Assembly (NCBI GenBank): GCA_020633995.1
Contig: JACKCO010000004.1
Span: 310,243-374,242, forward strand
DNA: 64,000 bases
Origin: Campylobacterota bacterium
GTDB lineage: Bacteria > Babelota > Babeliae > Babelales > RVW-14
Direction: 5' to 3'
Positions 43,813 through 54,235 of the stretch are shown piece after piece. A program made the position numbers and the translations under genes. The notes under the pieces are model-generated. The model was given only the letters and a program-made list of their open reading frames with translations, had not been told where the DNA came from and made no database searches. Position 1 is the stretch's first letter. Each line of letters opens with the position of its first letter.

Positions 43813-46254
43813 ATGAATGTAAAAGGAATGCGTTTGTCGCTGAAACAAAATGGTGTGTTAGCGTGGTCGTATCAACGTGAGATTGTTGGTGCACTGTTGG
43901 CAGCACTGCTCATGTTTTGTTTGCTTGCCTGTCTTTCATATAATGGTGCGGACAACTCGCTTTTGCATTACATCAGTGGGCATGTGCAGGTCAATAACTG
44001 GTGTGGTAGCGTGGGCGCGCATGTTGCAGCGCTCTTTTTTTATGCCTTTGGCTTGTGTGCGTATGTAGCACTCGTCTTTTTGGCATTGCTTGCCGCGCGG
44101 TTATTGCAGGGAGCACAGTTATCACGTGAAGGTGTGCGTGTGCTTGCAAGTATTTTTTCCTTAGTTGTTTCTTGTGCAGTGGTTTCACACATTGCACTTT
44201 CTTTTCAGTATCAATGGAGCGGTGGATTTATTGGCAACAGTCTCATGCAGGTGCTCCACCCAATTTTTGGTTATGGTGGGTGCAGTGTGTTGTTGTTGTG
44301 TGCAGTATGGACAAGCGCGTGTGTGTTGTTGCGGTACCCGTTAATGCCAAGCCTGCTTGCATTGTTTGAAACCATCTATGTTGGACTGTGCATGGTTGCC
44401 AGCTCACTGGTGTTTGCCGTGCTCAGTGTATGGCGGGCTGCCGTGTGGGTAACGGGCCAGTGTTTACAGCTGTGGGTGTGGCCACTGCAAGTTCATCTTA
44501 ACAACGATGAGCTGCGAGCTTTTTCTGCGCAGCACCAAGCGGCGGTAAAAATTGATGACGATCAGGAATCTCGTGCGGCTATGTTTGATTTTTTTGGTTC
44601 AACACAACAGGCGCCAGCCTCGAGACAATCTTTTCAAGAGCAACCGTGCTATGACGAGCAAAGCGAGCAAAGTGGTGAACGCTTTGCTCAAAAAACGTGT
44701 TACAACACAGGGCACGAATATCGCCTGCTGGGAACAACAATTACCATGCTGCCTAACACGCGCATTGCATGCAATTTGTTTGCTCCGCTGCTTATGCTTG
44801 AGGGTAAAAGCGTGGTGCAGCGTCTACAGTATTTATTGCGCGTTGCCGGTTCAATTGTGACCGAGCTGCCGCATCTTTCGTTGCTTGCGCAAAACGATTC
44901 AGACAAGGCACACGAAGTTATGCACGAAGCTACCAACCGTGCGCAAAAGCTTGAGGAAAAGTTAGCCTACTTTGGCGTAAAGGGTAAAGTAAGCGCCATC
45001 AAGCCTGGCCCATTGATCACCCTGTTTGAATATGAGCCAGAAATTGATAGTAAAATTAGTAGGATTACCGCACTTGAAGACGACCTTGCTATGGCACTTT
45101 CTGCCAGCAGCATCAGAACGATTGCTCCAATTCTTGGCAAAAACGCGGTAGGTTTTGAAATTGCAAACTATGTGCGTGAGCAGGTGTTTGTTTCAGAAAT
45201 TTTTAGTACTCCCGAGTTTGCCAATGCTCGTGAGGAAATGGCATTGCCGCTTGCGCTTGGTGTTGATGTGGTTGGCGGGCCAGTGATTGAAGATTTGGTG
45301 AGCATGCCGCATTTACTCATTGGTGGGGCAACCGGTGCTGGTAAGTCGGTTGGGCTGCACGTCATTTTAAATAGCATGCTGTTTACACGTTCACCGCAAG
45401 AGCTACGTTTGGTCCTGATTGACCCCAAGCGCCTTGAGTTTTCATTGTATGCGGACATCCCGCATTTGTTATTTCCGATTGTGACGCATCCATCACGTGC
45501 GACGCAAACGTTGAAGTGGATTGTGCAAGAAATGGAGCTTCGTTATCAAACGATGGCAGAGTGTGGTGTGCGTAATATGTTAGAATATCAAGCACTGTCA
45601 GCTAAAAGTCCACAAACCTATTCGCCAATGCATTATATTGTGGTGGTTATTGATGAGCTTGCCGATTTAATGATGGTTGCGGGTAAGGAAGTTGAGATAC
45701 TGATTGCGCGCATTGCACAAATGGCACGTGCATCGGGCATTCATATGATTGTTGCAACGCAGCGTCCATCAGTTGATGTTGTAACGGGTATCATTAAGGT
45801 TAACTTTCCAAGTCGCATTGCATTTCGTGTTTCAAGTAAGGTTGATTCGCGCGTTATTATTGATGGGCAGGGTGCTGAAAAGTTGTTAGGGCGTGGTGAT
45901 ATGTTGTATATGCATCCATCTACGTCTGGTATTAAACGTGTTCATGGTGCATACATTTCTGAAAAAGAAATTGAATCGGTCAACAACTTTTGGAAAGAGC
46001 AACAAAGTGTACAGTATTTAAACCTGCATGAGGTACTTAAAGCTGATGAGAGCGCCGCCTCTTCTGGTGAGTGTGATGAAATATATGAGCAGGTGCTTGA
46101 GTTTATCAAGTCGCAAGATGAAATATCAATTTCAAGGTTGCAACGCCAGTTTGGTATTGGTTTTAACCGTTCTGCGCGCATTATTGAACAACTTGAAGCG
46201 GATGGCATTATTGCACCAAGTCAGGGAGGTAAACCGCGTAAGGTTATTCGCTAG
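43813..46254 (+). CDS. ftsK: DNA translocase FtsK/SpoIIIE
   Basis: ATG at 43813 after ggggagagg. The track ORF begins at GTG 43741. N-terminal TM helices, Walker A GATGAGKSVGL, C-terminal gamma winged helix (ISRLQRQFGIGFNRSARIIEQLE). Confidence 0.9.
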   Translation: MNVKGMRLSLKQNGVLAWSYQREIVGALLAALLMFCLLACLSYNGADNSLLHYISGHVQVNNWCGSVGAHVAALFFYAFGLCAYVALVFLALLAARLLQGAQLSREGVRVLASIFSLVVSCAVVSHIALSFQYQWSGGFIGNSLMQVLHPIFGYGGCSVLLLCAVWTSACVLLRYPLMPSLLALFETIYVGLCMVASSLVFAVLSVWRAAVWVTGQCLQLWVWPLQVHLNNDELRAFSAQHQAAVKIDDDQESRAAMFDFFGSTQQAPASRQSFQEQPCYDEQSEQSGERFAQKTCYNTGHEYRLLGTTITMLPNTRIACNLFAPLLMLEGKSVVQRLQYLLRVAGSIVTELPHLSLLAQNDSDKAHEVMHEATNRAQKLEEKLAYFGVKGKVSAIKPGPLITLFEYEPEIDSKISRITALEDDLAMALSASSIRTIAPILGKNAVGFEIANYVREQVFVSEIFSTPEFANAREEMALPLALGVDVVGGPVIEDLVSMPHLLIGGATGAGKSVGLHVILNSMLFTRSPQELRLVLIDPKRLEFSLYADIPHLLFPIVTHPSRATQTLKWIVQEMELRYQTMAECGVRNMLEYQALSAKSPQTYSPMHYIVVVIDELADLMMVAGKEVEILIARIAQMARASGIHMIVATQRPSVDVVTGIIKVNFPSRIAFRVSSKVDSRVIIDGQGAEKLLGRGDMLYMHPSTSGIKRVHGAYISEKEIESVNNFWKEQQSVQYLNLHEVLKADESAASSGECDEIYEQVLEFIKSQDEISISRLQRQFGIGFNRSARIIEQLEADGIIAPSQGGKPRKVIR

Positions 46255-46401
46255 GCTTGACATCAGCGTGCTGAATTCATATCTTTTTCGTTTTTAGTTG
46301 TGGTGTAGGATTGAGAGGTCTGGTGTTTGTTATCATAAAATGTGCGTTTGGTAGTTAAGAAACTATTGAATTGTACTTGTTGATAGAATTTTTTTATGTC
46401 T

Positions 46402-46468
46402 TCCTGAACTTGTTTCAGGATCCAGACAAAGGAAAAATCATTATCTGGATGCTGAAACAAGTTCAGCA
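46402..46468. repeat. Compound inverted repeat (25-nt arms, each arm itself a hairpin)
   Basis: tcctgaacttgtttcaggatccaga ..17 nt.. tctggatgctgaaacaagttcagca. Confidence 0.85.
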
Positions 46469-46643
46469 CGACATAGTAGAAAGATATTTGTGACATTTAT
46501 CGATTGTGCTTTTTCTTCACCAATCAAGAATATTAATTGTTTTGATTGGTGGACTTACGTTATAAAAAAAGATCCCCGATTGATTCCCTTGTTAAACAAG
46601 AGGGTAGCTTTCGGAGGGGGGAACCTTTCTTTATGGAGGAACT

Positions 46644-48065
46644 ATGCAACTTGATCATGCTTTCTTAAAGGAATCATTGCCGTATGCATCTATCAGTGTT
46701 GAAGGCCAACAGCAGTGGCAAGCACGTGAAGTGACTGTTTCTATTGATAGCAGGCATGTAAAGCCGGAACAGTTTTTTGTTGCCCTTAAGGGTGCGCGTG
46801 TTGATGGAAACAACTTTGTTGCCGATGCGCTTGCGCGTGGTGCCTGTGGTGTATTGGTTGATGATGACGGTATGCGAAAGCTAGAAGCCGCGCCGGCAAA
46901 AGATCGCGTTGGCAAGGTGATTGTTCATGTGCCAGATAGCATGCAAGCGTTTGTAGATCTTGCTCGTGCATGGCGCGCCCAGCTACGCTGCCCGGTTGTT
47001 GGAGTAACGGGGTCTGTTGGTAAAACAACGACGAAAGAAATGATTCGTACCATTTTGCGCACGGCCGATTTTCCGGCATTTGTTTCGTACAAAAATTATA
47101 ATACGCTTATTGGCACGTGTTACAATTTGCTTAATGTACCCGGCAATGTTAAGGCCGCTGTGCTTGAGTTGGGTATCAGCCAGGTAGGCGAGATGCACGA
47201 GCTTGTTGATGTTGCGCGACCAACAATTGGCTTGATTACAACAGTTTCACACGCGCACCTGCAGGGCCTGGGTGGCTCTGTTACGTGTGTTGCGGCGCAA
47301 AAGCGTGCGCTCTTTGATTTTTTTGGGGGGAGCGACATTGGCATTATTAATGGCGATGTGCCATTGCTTACAGATTTTTCTTATCCTCATCCCATTGCAA
47401 AATTTGGGTTTAAAACAAAAAATCATATTCAGGCGCGCAAGGTGCGCATAGAGCGAGACAAAGATGGTAACCTTGTTACCCATTTTGCGCTCAAATGTTA
47501 CGGTAAAAAAGTTGATGTGACGATTAATGGCAATCATCCAGGGTTTGTTGTTAACGCGCTTGGCGCAGTTGCCATATCCTATTTTTTAAAAATTCCTTTT
47601 GATTTGATTGTGCGTGGCTTGCAAGCATATCAAGGATTTGAGGGACGGTTTCAATTTAAGCAGCTGAGAAATGGGAAGGGTAATTTGCTCAATGATTGTT
47701 ACAATGCAAACCCTGAAAGTATGCGTGCCGCACTGGAAGCATTTTCGCAAATCAAGGTTGCTGGTTCAAAAATTGCCGTGCTTGGCGATATGCTTGAGTT
47801 AGGGGAAAAAGAGCTCTATTGGCATCGGCAGATTGGGCGTGTGCTTGCAAAACTTGCGCCACTTGATGGCCTAATCTTGGTGGGAGAGCGTGCGCGCCAC
47901 ATAGCATCACCGCTGTTGCAAGCAGTCAACGTCGTTACCGTGGATAGTTGGCAGCAGGCACAACAAGAACTTGAGCGTATGATTGTCAAAGATGACAGTC
48001 TTGTGCTGACCAAGGCCTCGCGTGGTGTGAATCTGTCTTTGCTTGTTGAAAAGGTAAGTCTGTAG
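46644..48065 (+). CDS. murF: UDP-MurNAc-tripeptide--D-Ala-D-Ala ligase
   Basis: 473 aa. GVTGSVGKTTTKEM P-loop and the Mur ligase domain pattern. Confidence 0.88.
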   Translation: MQLDHAFLKESLPYASISVEGQQQWQAREVTVSIDSRHVKPEQFFVALKGARVDGNNFVADALARGACGVLVDDDGMRKLEAAPAKDRVGKVIVHVPDSMQAFVDLARAWRAQLRCPVVGVTGSVGKTTTKEMIRTILRTADFPAFVSYKNYNTLIGTCYNLLNVPGNVKAAVLELGISQVGEMHELVDVARPTIGLITTVSHAHLQGLGGSVTCVAAQKRALFDFFGGSDIGIINGDVPLLTDFSYPHPIAKFGFKTKNHIQARKVRIERDKDGNLVTHFALKCYGKKVDVTINGNHPGFVVNALGAVAISYFLKIPFDLIVRGLQAYQGFEGRFQFKQLRNGKGNLLNDCYNANPESMRAALEAFSQIKVAGSKIAVLGDMLELGEKELYWHRQIGRVLAKLAPLDGLILVGERARHIASPLLQAVNVVTVDSWQQAQQELERMIVKDDSLVLTKASRGVNLSLLVEKVSL

Positions 48066-48198
48066 GCTAGTTTTTTAAGGCTTGTTCTGTTCGGGAAAAA
48101 GAGCTAAGGTGAAGAGGTAATGATGTTGCGCAAGCAATAAAACAAGGAAACGCGTATGTGAGAATGGTAACTCGTCTGTAAAAAAGGAAAGGAGTGTC

Positions 48199-48741
48199 AT
48201 GAAGCTACCAGAACACGAGCATGAGGAGAGTCTGCTCGATAGTCTTGTCAGTTTACCACATAAAATATTATGCCATCACGAAATTCAAGGTTTGCCGGAG
48301 CTTGTTTTGCATGAGCTTGGCCACGACAGTTGTTTTGGCTTAAACCGGTCAATTTATATCGTTGATAATCCCGATTTTGATTGTTCACGTGGTGTGGCCG
48401 GGTATTGTAAAGATGATTGCAAGTACCACAAGCAAGATCCCTGGCAAGAGCCGCATGCCTTTCATAAAGATATGTGTGAAGCGCCATTTGGTAAGTGTGT
48501 TCGTTCGTTCAACAACAAAAGTTTTTTGCGTAATCACAAAGACGATAATGATCACACGCTTTCACCCGATGAAATTGATGCACTGTGTAAAGCGTTTGAT
48601 GTTAAAAATCCTGCCTGTTTTACCTGGAAGCAACGGCATGGTAACCACGGCATCTTAATTTTTGACGGTGGTAATGACATGCGGCTTGAAAAGCGTAAAA
48701 AAATTCTTGCAAATTGCAGCGCACTGTTAAGCTTGTGCTGA
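48199..48741 (+). CDS. Hypothetical Cys/His-rich protein containing an HEXXH string
   Basis: 180 aa. LHELGH plus many Cys/His residues. No family that I recognise. Confidence 0.4.
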   Translation: MKLPEHEHEESLLDSLVSLPHKILCHHEIQGLPELVLHELGHDSCFGLNRSIYIVDNPDFDCSRGVAGYCKDDCKYHKQDPWQEPHAFHKDMCEAPFGKCVRSFNNKSFLRNHKDDNDHTLSPDEIDALCKAFDVKNPACFTWKQRHGNHGILIFDGGNDMRLEKRKKILANCSALLSLC

Positions 48742-48742
48742 G

Positions 48743-50686
48743 CTAAAGCCTGTGTAGCACCGTTCGCATAGGAGTTTGTGAAAATGGTAAACAGGCGGTT
48801 AGTTTTTTTGTTGGGCGGCTTTGGCCGTAAGAGGGGGAGCTCATATCTTGGCACACACTAAATGGTGCGTCAGATTGTAAAAAAATCGTACTTATTTTTT
48901 TATCAGGCGATAGACAAAAGCCATCTTGTTGCTGTTCCAGCGTGATGTCTGGGCTGCAAACAAAGTTCCACATGCTTGTGTGTGTGGCAGTCTGTGGTTG
49001 CTCGTTATCATTTGTATGCTGCCACCAGTCAGTGATGGTGACGGTATTGTTGGTGATGTGTAGCTGCCGGTATGCTATTGGCAGTGTTTGTTGGCTTTGA
49101 TAGCTGTCTGATATGGTGATTGTTTGATCATTATACTCAATGTGGGGGTGTGCGGTGCTGATTTTTTGCGGCAAGACAAATAAGTCCTGTTGCCCTTTAA
49201 TGCTGTTGGTGTTGGCAAGGCCAAAGGTGTTGTGTTGTTGCCAACTTCTAAAGTGATTGCGCCATTGTCCGTGCGGTGTGTAGACAAAACTGCCAGGGTC
49301 GATAAAAATTGGCTGCCCATCACACGAGATGGTAACAGCCAATTGATCTTGATGAAAATGTCCTGATGGTTGTCTGTCTTGGTAGCTGGCATGACGAAAC
49401 GTAATGTGCCAATGCTGACCGCGTACAATGGTTATGCCAAAGTCATGATAGGTTGCAAGATTAGGCATAGTTTGTGGCTTTGTGGCTATACCAAAAACAA
49501 TTTTTCCGCTATCATCATCGCCAATGCGTGCTGTATTGCCACCATGGTCTGTGCAGTCATCTAAAAACTGCTGCATGCGCACATGTTTTACAATCAGTTG
49601 GTTTGGCATAAACGTGTGCGTGAGTGCAAAGAGTGCGCGCAGGTGGGCAAGCATTTCACACACGAGTTTGTGGTAGGCGGTTGAGCCTTCATAGCTGGTG
49701 CCTTCGCCAAAAATTTGCTGATTAAATTGATCAAGCAAAACTTGAATGTGTGTCTGATAATTCAAGGTTATGTCACCCCTAAAAAAGAGCGTAAGATAGG
49801 CGTGACCAAGCAAGTCTGCAAGGTAATGATTGTTTGGCCGGTCGCTGGTTTCCCAATTATTTTCAAGGTAGTGCAAGTGGTCATACAGGCTGCACACCAC
49901 ACGTTGCCAAAAAGTTTTTGGCAACGTTGTCTCATCAGAAAAAAGCGTGAGCGCCCAAACCATATTGATGGCACGAATGCCAACTTCCATAGGGCAGACC
50001 CAGTTGATGCCTAGCAGATATGGGTTATTGGTGATCCAGTCAGTGAGTTGTTTTTGAAATGTTTGTGCATAGCCAACGGCACGTTCTTGTTCTGCTTGTT
50101 GGTAAGCCAGCCCGAGTGTGACAAGCTGATGCAAGCGTGAGAGCTCCCAGCAGGTTTTAACATCGGGGCCGGGCATTTGGTCTTTGCCGTGTGCGCAGGG
50201 TGAGGCGGTTATACGTTGGTAAAATGCAGTTTGCCAGCTGGTAGGGCTGGTAAAACCGTGACGTGCGGCTTGGTGGTCAGTGTGCCAGTCTATCGGGCCT
50301 TGGCCAAAGGCAAATGGCTCGTATCCAAGTACTGCAATGTTGCCGTCACAAATTTGGTCTGCTTGGTCGATCAGCTCAAACGGGTCGGTGCTCAGTTCTG
50401 GCGCAAGCCTTGTAATGAGGGGGTGTGCAATGAGTTTGTGCACTATTTTTTTTGCCGGTAGGTTCTGCCAAAATTGCTCAAAGTCGGCCGAAAGGGTGTG
50501 TGTTTTTGCTACTTGGCTCCAGTGGTGTCCAGCTGAGCCTGCTAATGCCTTGGTGCGCCAGGTGTGACCAAATGTGGCTCGATGGAGGCGTGTTTTTAGC
50601 GCATTGCAGGTGCCACCTATACCGAGCTCGCGTGCTCTGCTACAATAGTATAATATTTTCATAGATTCCATGCTCCTTTTTGACAT
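48743..50686 (-). CDS. Heparinase II/III-like family protein
   Basis: 647 aa. N-terminal ..GNIAVLGYEPFAFGQGPIDWH.. and C-terminal GHFHQDQLAVTI..DPGSFVYT..HNT match the heparinase II/III-like pattern. Confidence 0.7.
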   Translation of the reverse strand: MSKRSMESMKILYYCSRARELGIGGTCNALKTRLHRATFGHTWRTKALAGSAGHHWSQVAKTHTLSADFEQFWQNLPAKKIVHKLIAHPLITRLAPELSTDPFELIDQADQICDGNIAVLGYEPFAFGQGPIDWHTDHQAARHGFTSPTSWQTAFYQRITASPCAHGKDQMPGPDVKTCWELSRLHQLVTLGLAYQQAEQERAVGYAQTFQKQLTDWITNNPYLLGINWVCPMEVGIRAINMVWALTLFSDETTLPKTFWQRVVCSLYDHLHYLENNWETSDRPNNHYLADLLGHAYLTLFFRGDITLNYQTHIQVLLDQFNQQIFGEGTSYEGSTAYHKLVCEMLAHLRALFALTHTFMPNQLIVKHVRMQQFLDDCTDHGGNTARIGDDDSGKIVFGIATKPQTMPNLATYHDFGITIVRGQHWHITFRHASYQDRQPSGHFHQDQLAVTISCDGQPIFIDPGSFVYTPHGQWRNHFRSWQQHNTFGLANTNSIKGQQDLFVLPQKISTAHPHIEYNDQTITISDSYQSQQTLPIAYRQLHITNNTVTITDWWQHTNDNEQPQTATHTSMWNFVCSPDITLEQQQDGFCLSPDKKISTIFLQSDAPFSVCQDMSSPSYGQSRPTKKLTACLPFSQTPMRTVLHRL

Positions 50687-50759
50687 GATTGAATCAAAGA
50701 GTTACGGCAAAAAGTTCCAGGTTGACTATGTTATTGTCGCCCTGATGTTTTTCTCGTCA

Positions 50760-50905
50760 CCAGGTCTGTTTTCTGGCTTTGGCTAGGCCAGATCCCGATC
50801 CAAGGCTCGTCACTCCGGGCTTGATCCGGAGTCCATTTCTAAAGATAGAACCTACTATTTTATCTGGGAAAGACGTGGCTTCCGGTTCGTAGGCAGGATG
50901 ACGAG
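50760..50905. repeat. Hairpin repeat cluster
   Basis: ccagatcccgatccaaggctcgtcactccgggcttgatccggagtccatttctaaag parallels 30024-30052 and 38407-38445. Confidence 0.75.
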
Positions 50906-51024
50906 TTTGAATTGTAAGCAACCTAACACAAAAAAATTGCAAAGCATACAAAGCGCATAAGCAGGTTGCCAGAGATAGCTTAGCATTATACTATTGCGTG
51001 ATACTATTGCGTGTGGAGAACACG

Positions 51025-52587
51025 GTGAAGCTAAAAAAATTGCCACTAGGTATACAAGTTTTTGAACAAATTATCGAGCATGACTATGTTTATGTCGATA
51101 AAACCGAATATGTTTATGCCATGATTTCTTCCGGGTCGTGCTACTTTCTTTCACGTCCACGTCGTTTTGGTAAGTCGCTGACGCTTTCAACGTTGGATGC
51201 TATTTTTTCAGGCAGAAAGGAATTGTTCAAAAACCTTTGGATTGATAAGAGTGATTGGGGATGGAAAAAATATCCTGTGCTGCGCCTGGATATGTCCAGT
51301 GTTTCCTGTCAAAATGTTCAGGCCTTTAGGCAAAGCTTAGGTGTTTGCCTTGATCTACTTGCACGTAGGCACAATATTGTTATCGACCAAAGTTGGCATG
51401 CAGGTGACAAACTTAAGGCAATTGTTGAGCAGTGTGCCAGAAAAGGTCCTGTGGTGGTGTTAATTGATGAATACGATGCGCCGCTACTACAACATTTGCA
51501 CAATATTGAAGATGCCGAGTGTATCAGGACTGAATTGCGTTGCCTGTATGCTCCGCTTAAGGATTTGCAGAAATACTTACGGTTTGTTTTTCTGACCGGG
51601 GTAAGTAGGTTTTCAAAAACATCTATTTTTTCTGGATTGAACAATTTAACTGACTTAAGCATGCATGGAACATATGCTGCGTTATGTGGGTATACGCAAG
51701 CTGAGATAGAGCATTATTTTGCAGACCACTTGGATCTCGTTGCTCAGCGGTTACGCTTGCACAAATCTGTGCTCATCGACCAGGTGAGGTCTTGGTACAA
51801 TGGATATCGGTTTAGCGCCTGCTCAGAAATTTCTTTGTACAATCCCATATCTGTTTTGTCGTTGCTTGATCGAAAAGAATTCAAAAATTTTTGGATGGAG
51901 ACTGGTAGCCCGTCATTTTTAATAAAACTGTTTGTGCAGGGGCAGCTTGCCCCCAAGGACATTGACAACAGTTGGGTAAGTGAAAGTACGCTCAGCAGTT
52001 TTGAGCTGAGCAATATTAACTTGCAAACAGTTATGGTTCAGGCTGGATATTTAACAATCAAGGATTATGTGTTTAAAAATAATCGCTCCCGCTATCTGCT
52101 TGGTTATCCAAATCATGAGGTTAAGCAGTCATTTATAGAGTGTATTATTCAAAACTTACTAAAAACTGAGCCGACGCTTGTTGAGAGTTATGCCGAGGCG
52201 TTGCGTGATGCTCTTTGCCAGTCAAGGCTAGAAAAATTTATAGATTTGTTTAAAGAGTTGATGACACAAATTCCATATGATTTGTATGCATCAACAGAAA
52301 AACATTATCAGACTATTTTTTATGTGACCTGTTTGGTTGCAGGTTTTGAGCCTATTGCTGAAGATCACACAGCGCGTGGACGCATTGATGTAACATTTGA
52401 ACACGAACATGTTATTTATATCATTGAACTTAAAATTGGTTGTAGCGCTGACAACGCGCTTGCACAAATACATGAAAAGCGTTATTACGAAAAATTCTTA
52501 AATAAAGGTAAACGGATTGTTTTGCTTGGTATTTCGTTTGATGTGCAGGCAAAAACAATCGGTGAATGGAAACAAGAAAATTTATAA
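51025..52587 (+). CDS. AAA-ATPase-like protein with a C-terminal PD-(D/E)XK (PDDEXK_9-like) domain
   Basis: GTG at 51025 after ggaga (track start GTG 50998). [35 protein letters not shown]-terminus. C-terminal [15 protein letters not shown]. Confidence 0.8.
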   Translation: MKLKKLPLGIQVFEQIIEHDYVYVDKTEYVYAMISSGSCYFLSRPRRFGKSLTLSTLDAIFSGRKELFKNLWIDKSDWGWKKYPVLRLDMSSVSCQNVQAFRQSLGVCLDLLARRHNIVIDQSWHAGDKLKAIVEQCARKGPVVVLIDEYDAPLLQHLHNIEDAECIRTELRCLYAPLKDLQKYLRFVFLTGVSRFSKTSIFSGLNNLTDLSMHGTYAALCGYTQAEIEHYFADHLDLVAQRLRLHKSVLIDQVRSWYNGYRFSACSEISLYNPISVLSLLDRKEFKNFWMETGSPSFLIKLFVQGQLAPKDIDNSWVSESTLSSFELSNINLQTVMVQAGYLTIKDYVFKNNRSRYLLGYPNHEVKQSFIECIIQNLLKTEPTLVESYAEALRDALCQSRLEKFIDLFKELMTQIPYDLYASTEKHYQTIFYVTCLVAGFEPIAEDHTARGRIDVTFEHEHVIYIIELKIGCSADNALAQIHEKRYYEKFLNKGKRIVLLGISFDVQAKTIGEWKQENL

Positions 52588-52601
52588 ATTTAAAGGATAT
52601 C

Positions 52602-53606
52602 ATGGCACAACAAAAGGTTATTTTAACGGGTGATCGTCCAACTGGCCCACTGCACTTGGGCCACTTTGTTGGCTCGCTGCAAAATCGACTTAAACTGCAA
52701 CATGAGGGCAAGCAGTATGTTATGCTGGCTGACGTGCAGGCACTAACCGACAACGCAGACAACCCAGAAAAAGTGCGTAACAATATTTTTGAAGTGATGT
52801 TAGATTATTTGGCTGTTGGTATTGACCCCAAGCTCAGCACTATTTTTGTGCAGTCAATGATTCCAGAAATTGCCGAACTTGCCATTTTTTATTTTAATTT
52901 GGTGACCGTTGCGCGTGTGCAGCGCAACCCAACGGTCAAAGACGAAATTAAACAGCGTGGTTTTGGCGACAGCTTGCCCGTCGGTTTTTTTGTCTACCCT
53001 ATTCACCAAGCTGCCGACATTACCATTGTCAATGCTGACCTGGTGCCGGTAGGCAGTGACCAACTGCCCATGATTGAGCAAACGGCTGAGATTGTGCGCA
53101 AGTTCAACCGTTTGTATGGGCCTGTATTTCGTGAGCCGCAGGCGGTTATCCCGCAAACGGCTGGGCGTTTGCCGGGCCTTGATGGCAAAGCAAAAATGAG
53201 TAAGTCACTGGGCAATGCTATTTTTCTTTCTGACCAGCCTGATGAACTGACCAAAAAGGTTATGAGCATGTACACCGACCCTAACCATGTGCATGTTAAC
53301 GACCCGGGTCAAGTTGAGGGCAACACGGTGTTTGCCTACCTTGATATTTTTGACCAGCGCACTGATGAAGTGGCTGAGCTTAAGGCACACTACCAGCGTG
53401 GTGGGCTTGGTGACGTGGTACTGAAAAAACGCCTTAATGAAGTGTTGCAGACATTACTTGAACCGATTAGAACGCGCCGTCAGGAGCTTGCCAAAGACCG
53501 TGGCCAAGTTATGCAGTTGCTGCAGGAAGGCACAGAACAAGCACGTGCTGTTGCCAGTCAGACCATGCAGTCGGTTAAAGCGGCGATGAAGATTGATTAT
53601 TTTTAG
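52602..53606 (+). CDS. trpS: Tryptophanyl-tRNA synthetase
   Basis: ATG at 52602 after aaagga. HIGH-type GPLHLGH and KMSKS motifs. 334 aa. Confidence 0.92.
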   Translation: MAQQKVILTGDRPTGPLHLGHFVGSLQNRLKLQHEGKQYVMLADVQALTDNADNPEKVRNNIFEVMLDYLAVGIDPKLSTIFVQSMIPEIAELAIFYFNLVTVARVQRNPTVKDEIKQRGFGDSLPVGFFVYPIHQAADITIVNADLVPVGSDQLPMIEQTAEIVRKFNRLYGPVFREPQAVIPQTAGRLPGLDGKAKMSKSLGNAIFLSDQPDELTKKVMSMYTDPNHVHVNDPGQVEGNTVFAYLDIFDQRTDEVAELKAHYQRGGLGDVVLKKRLNEVLQTLLEPIRTRRQELAKDRGQVMQLLQEGTEQARAVASQTMQSVKAAMKIDYF

Positions 53607-53624
53607 ATTTTGAATAGTCATCGA

Positions 53625-54225
53625 GCGAGCCTACCCTCTTGCTTGCTCAGGGGGCATCCGGGTTTCTTCTCGTCATCCTCTGGCTTGACCAGGGGGATAA
53701 CGATTCATGAGCAGCGTCTACAACTGTCCAAAGTGTTGAGAAAGCCTGCTGAGAAGATAGGTGGCTACGACTGACAAGTTTGCTTGCGAAAAAAAAATCG
53801 TCGTCCCCGGCTTGGTCGGGGATCTAAAAAATTAAAAGTGAAATAAATGATGTAAGGGTTGTATGATTCTTACAAAGGAGATCCCCGATCGGCGTCGGGG
53901 ATGACCCCCAGAAAAAAACGTCTATAAAAAAATATCGCATTCAAACGTAAAGTAACACTTTGGACAGTAATGGATCGGAGTCCAGGGTGACGAGATTGAA
54001 TGCTATGTTATAAGTACAAGTTGCTGCATGACGTTTCAAAGTTATGGGGAGCGTATAGCTCCCCCTCTGTTTTTTAGTGCCATGCAATGTAATACTCGTC
54101 ATCATCAAGTCCGGAGCCACGAGCCTGCCCTCTTGCGTGATCAGGGGAGTCACCCGGACCGAACACGCGTCATCAAGCTTGTCCTCTGGCTTGACCAGGG
54201 GAGCCCACGAGCCGTGATCCATTCT
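53625..54225. repeat. Hairpin repeat cluster containing a MITE-like unit (53723..53968)
   Basis: actgtccaaagtgtt (53723-53737) and its inverse aacactttggacagt (53954-53968) flank gtcgtccccggcttggtcggggatc. Also 53672-53698 and 54131-54215 cctctggcttgaccagggg-type modules. Confidence 0.8.
54046..54075 (+). terminator. Orphan intrinsic-terminator-like hairpin
   Basis: ggggagc-gtata-gctcccc followed by ctctgtttttt. It is about 440 nt from the trpS stop, so the transcript it would end is unknown. Confidence 0.35.
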
Positions 54226-54235
54226 CCTACAGCTA

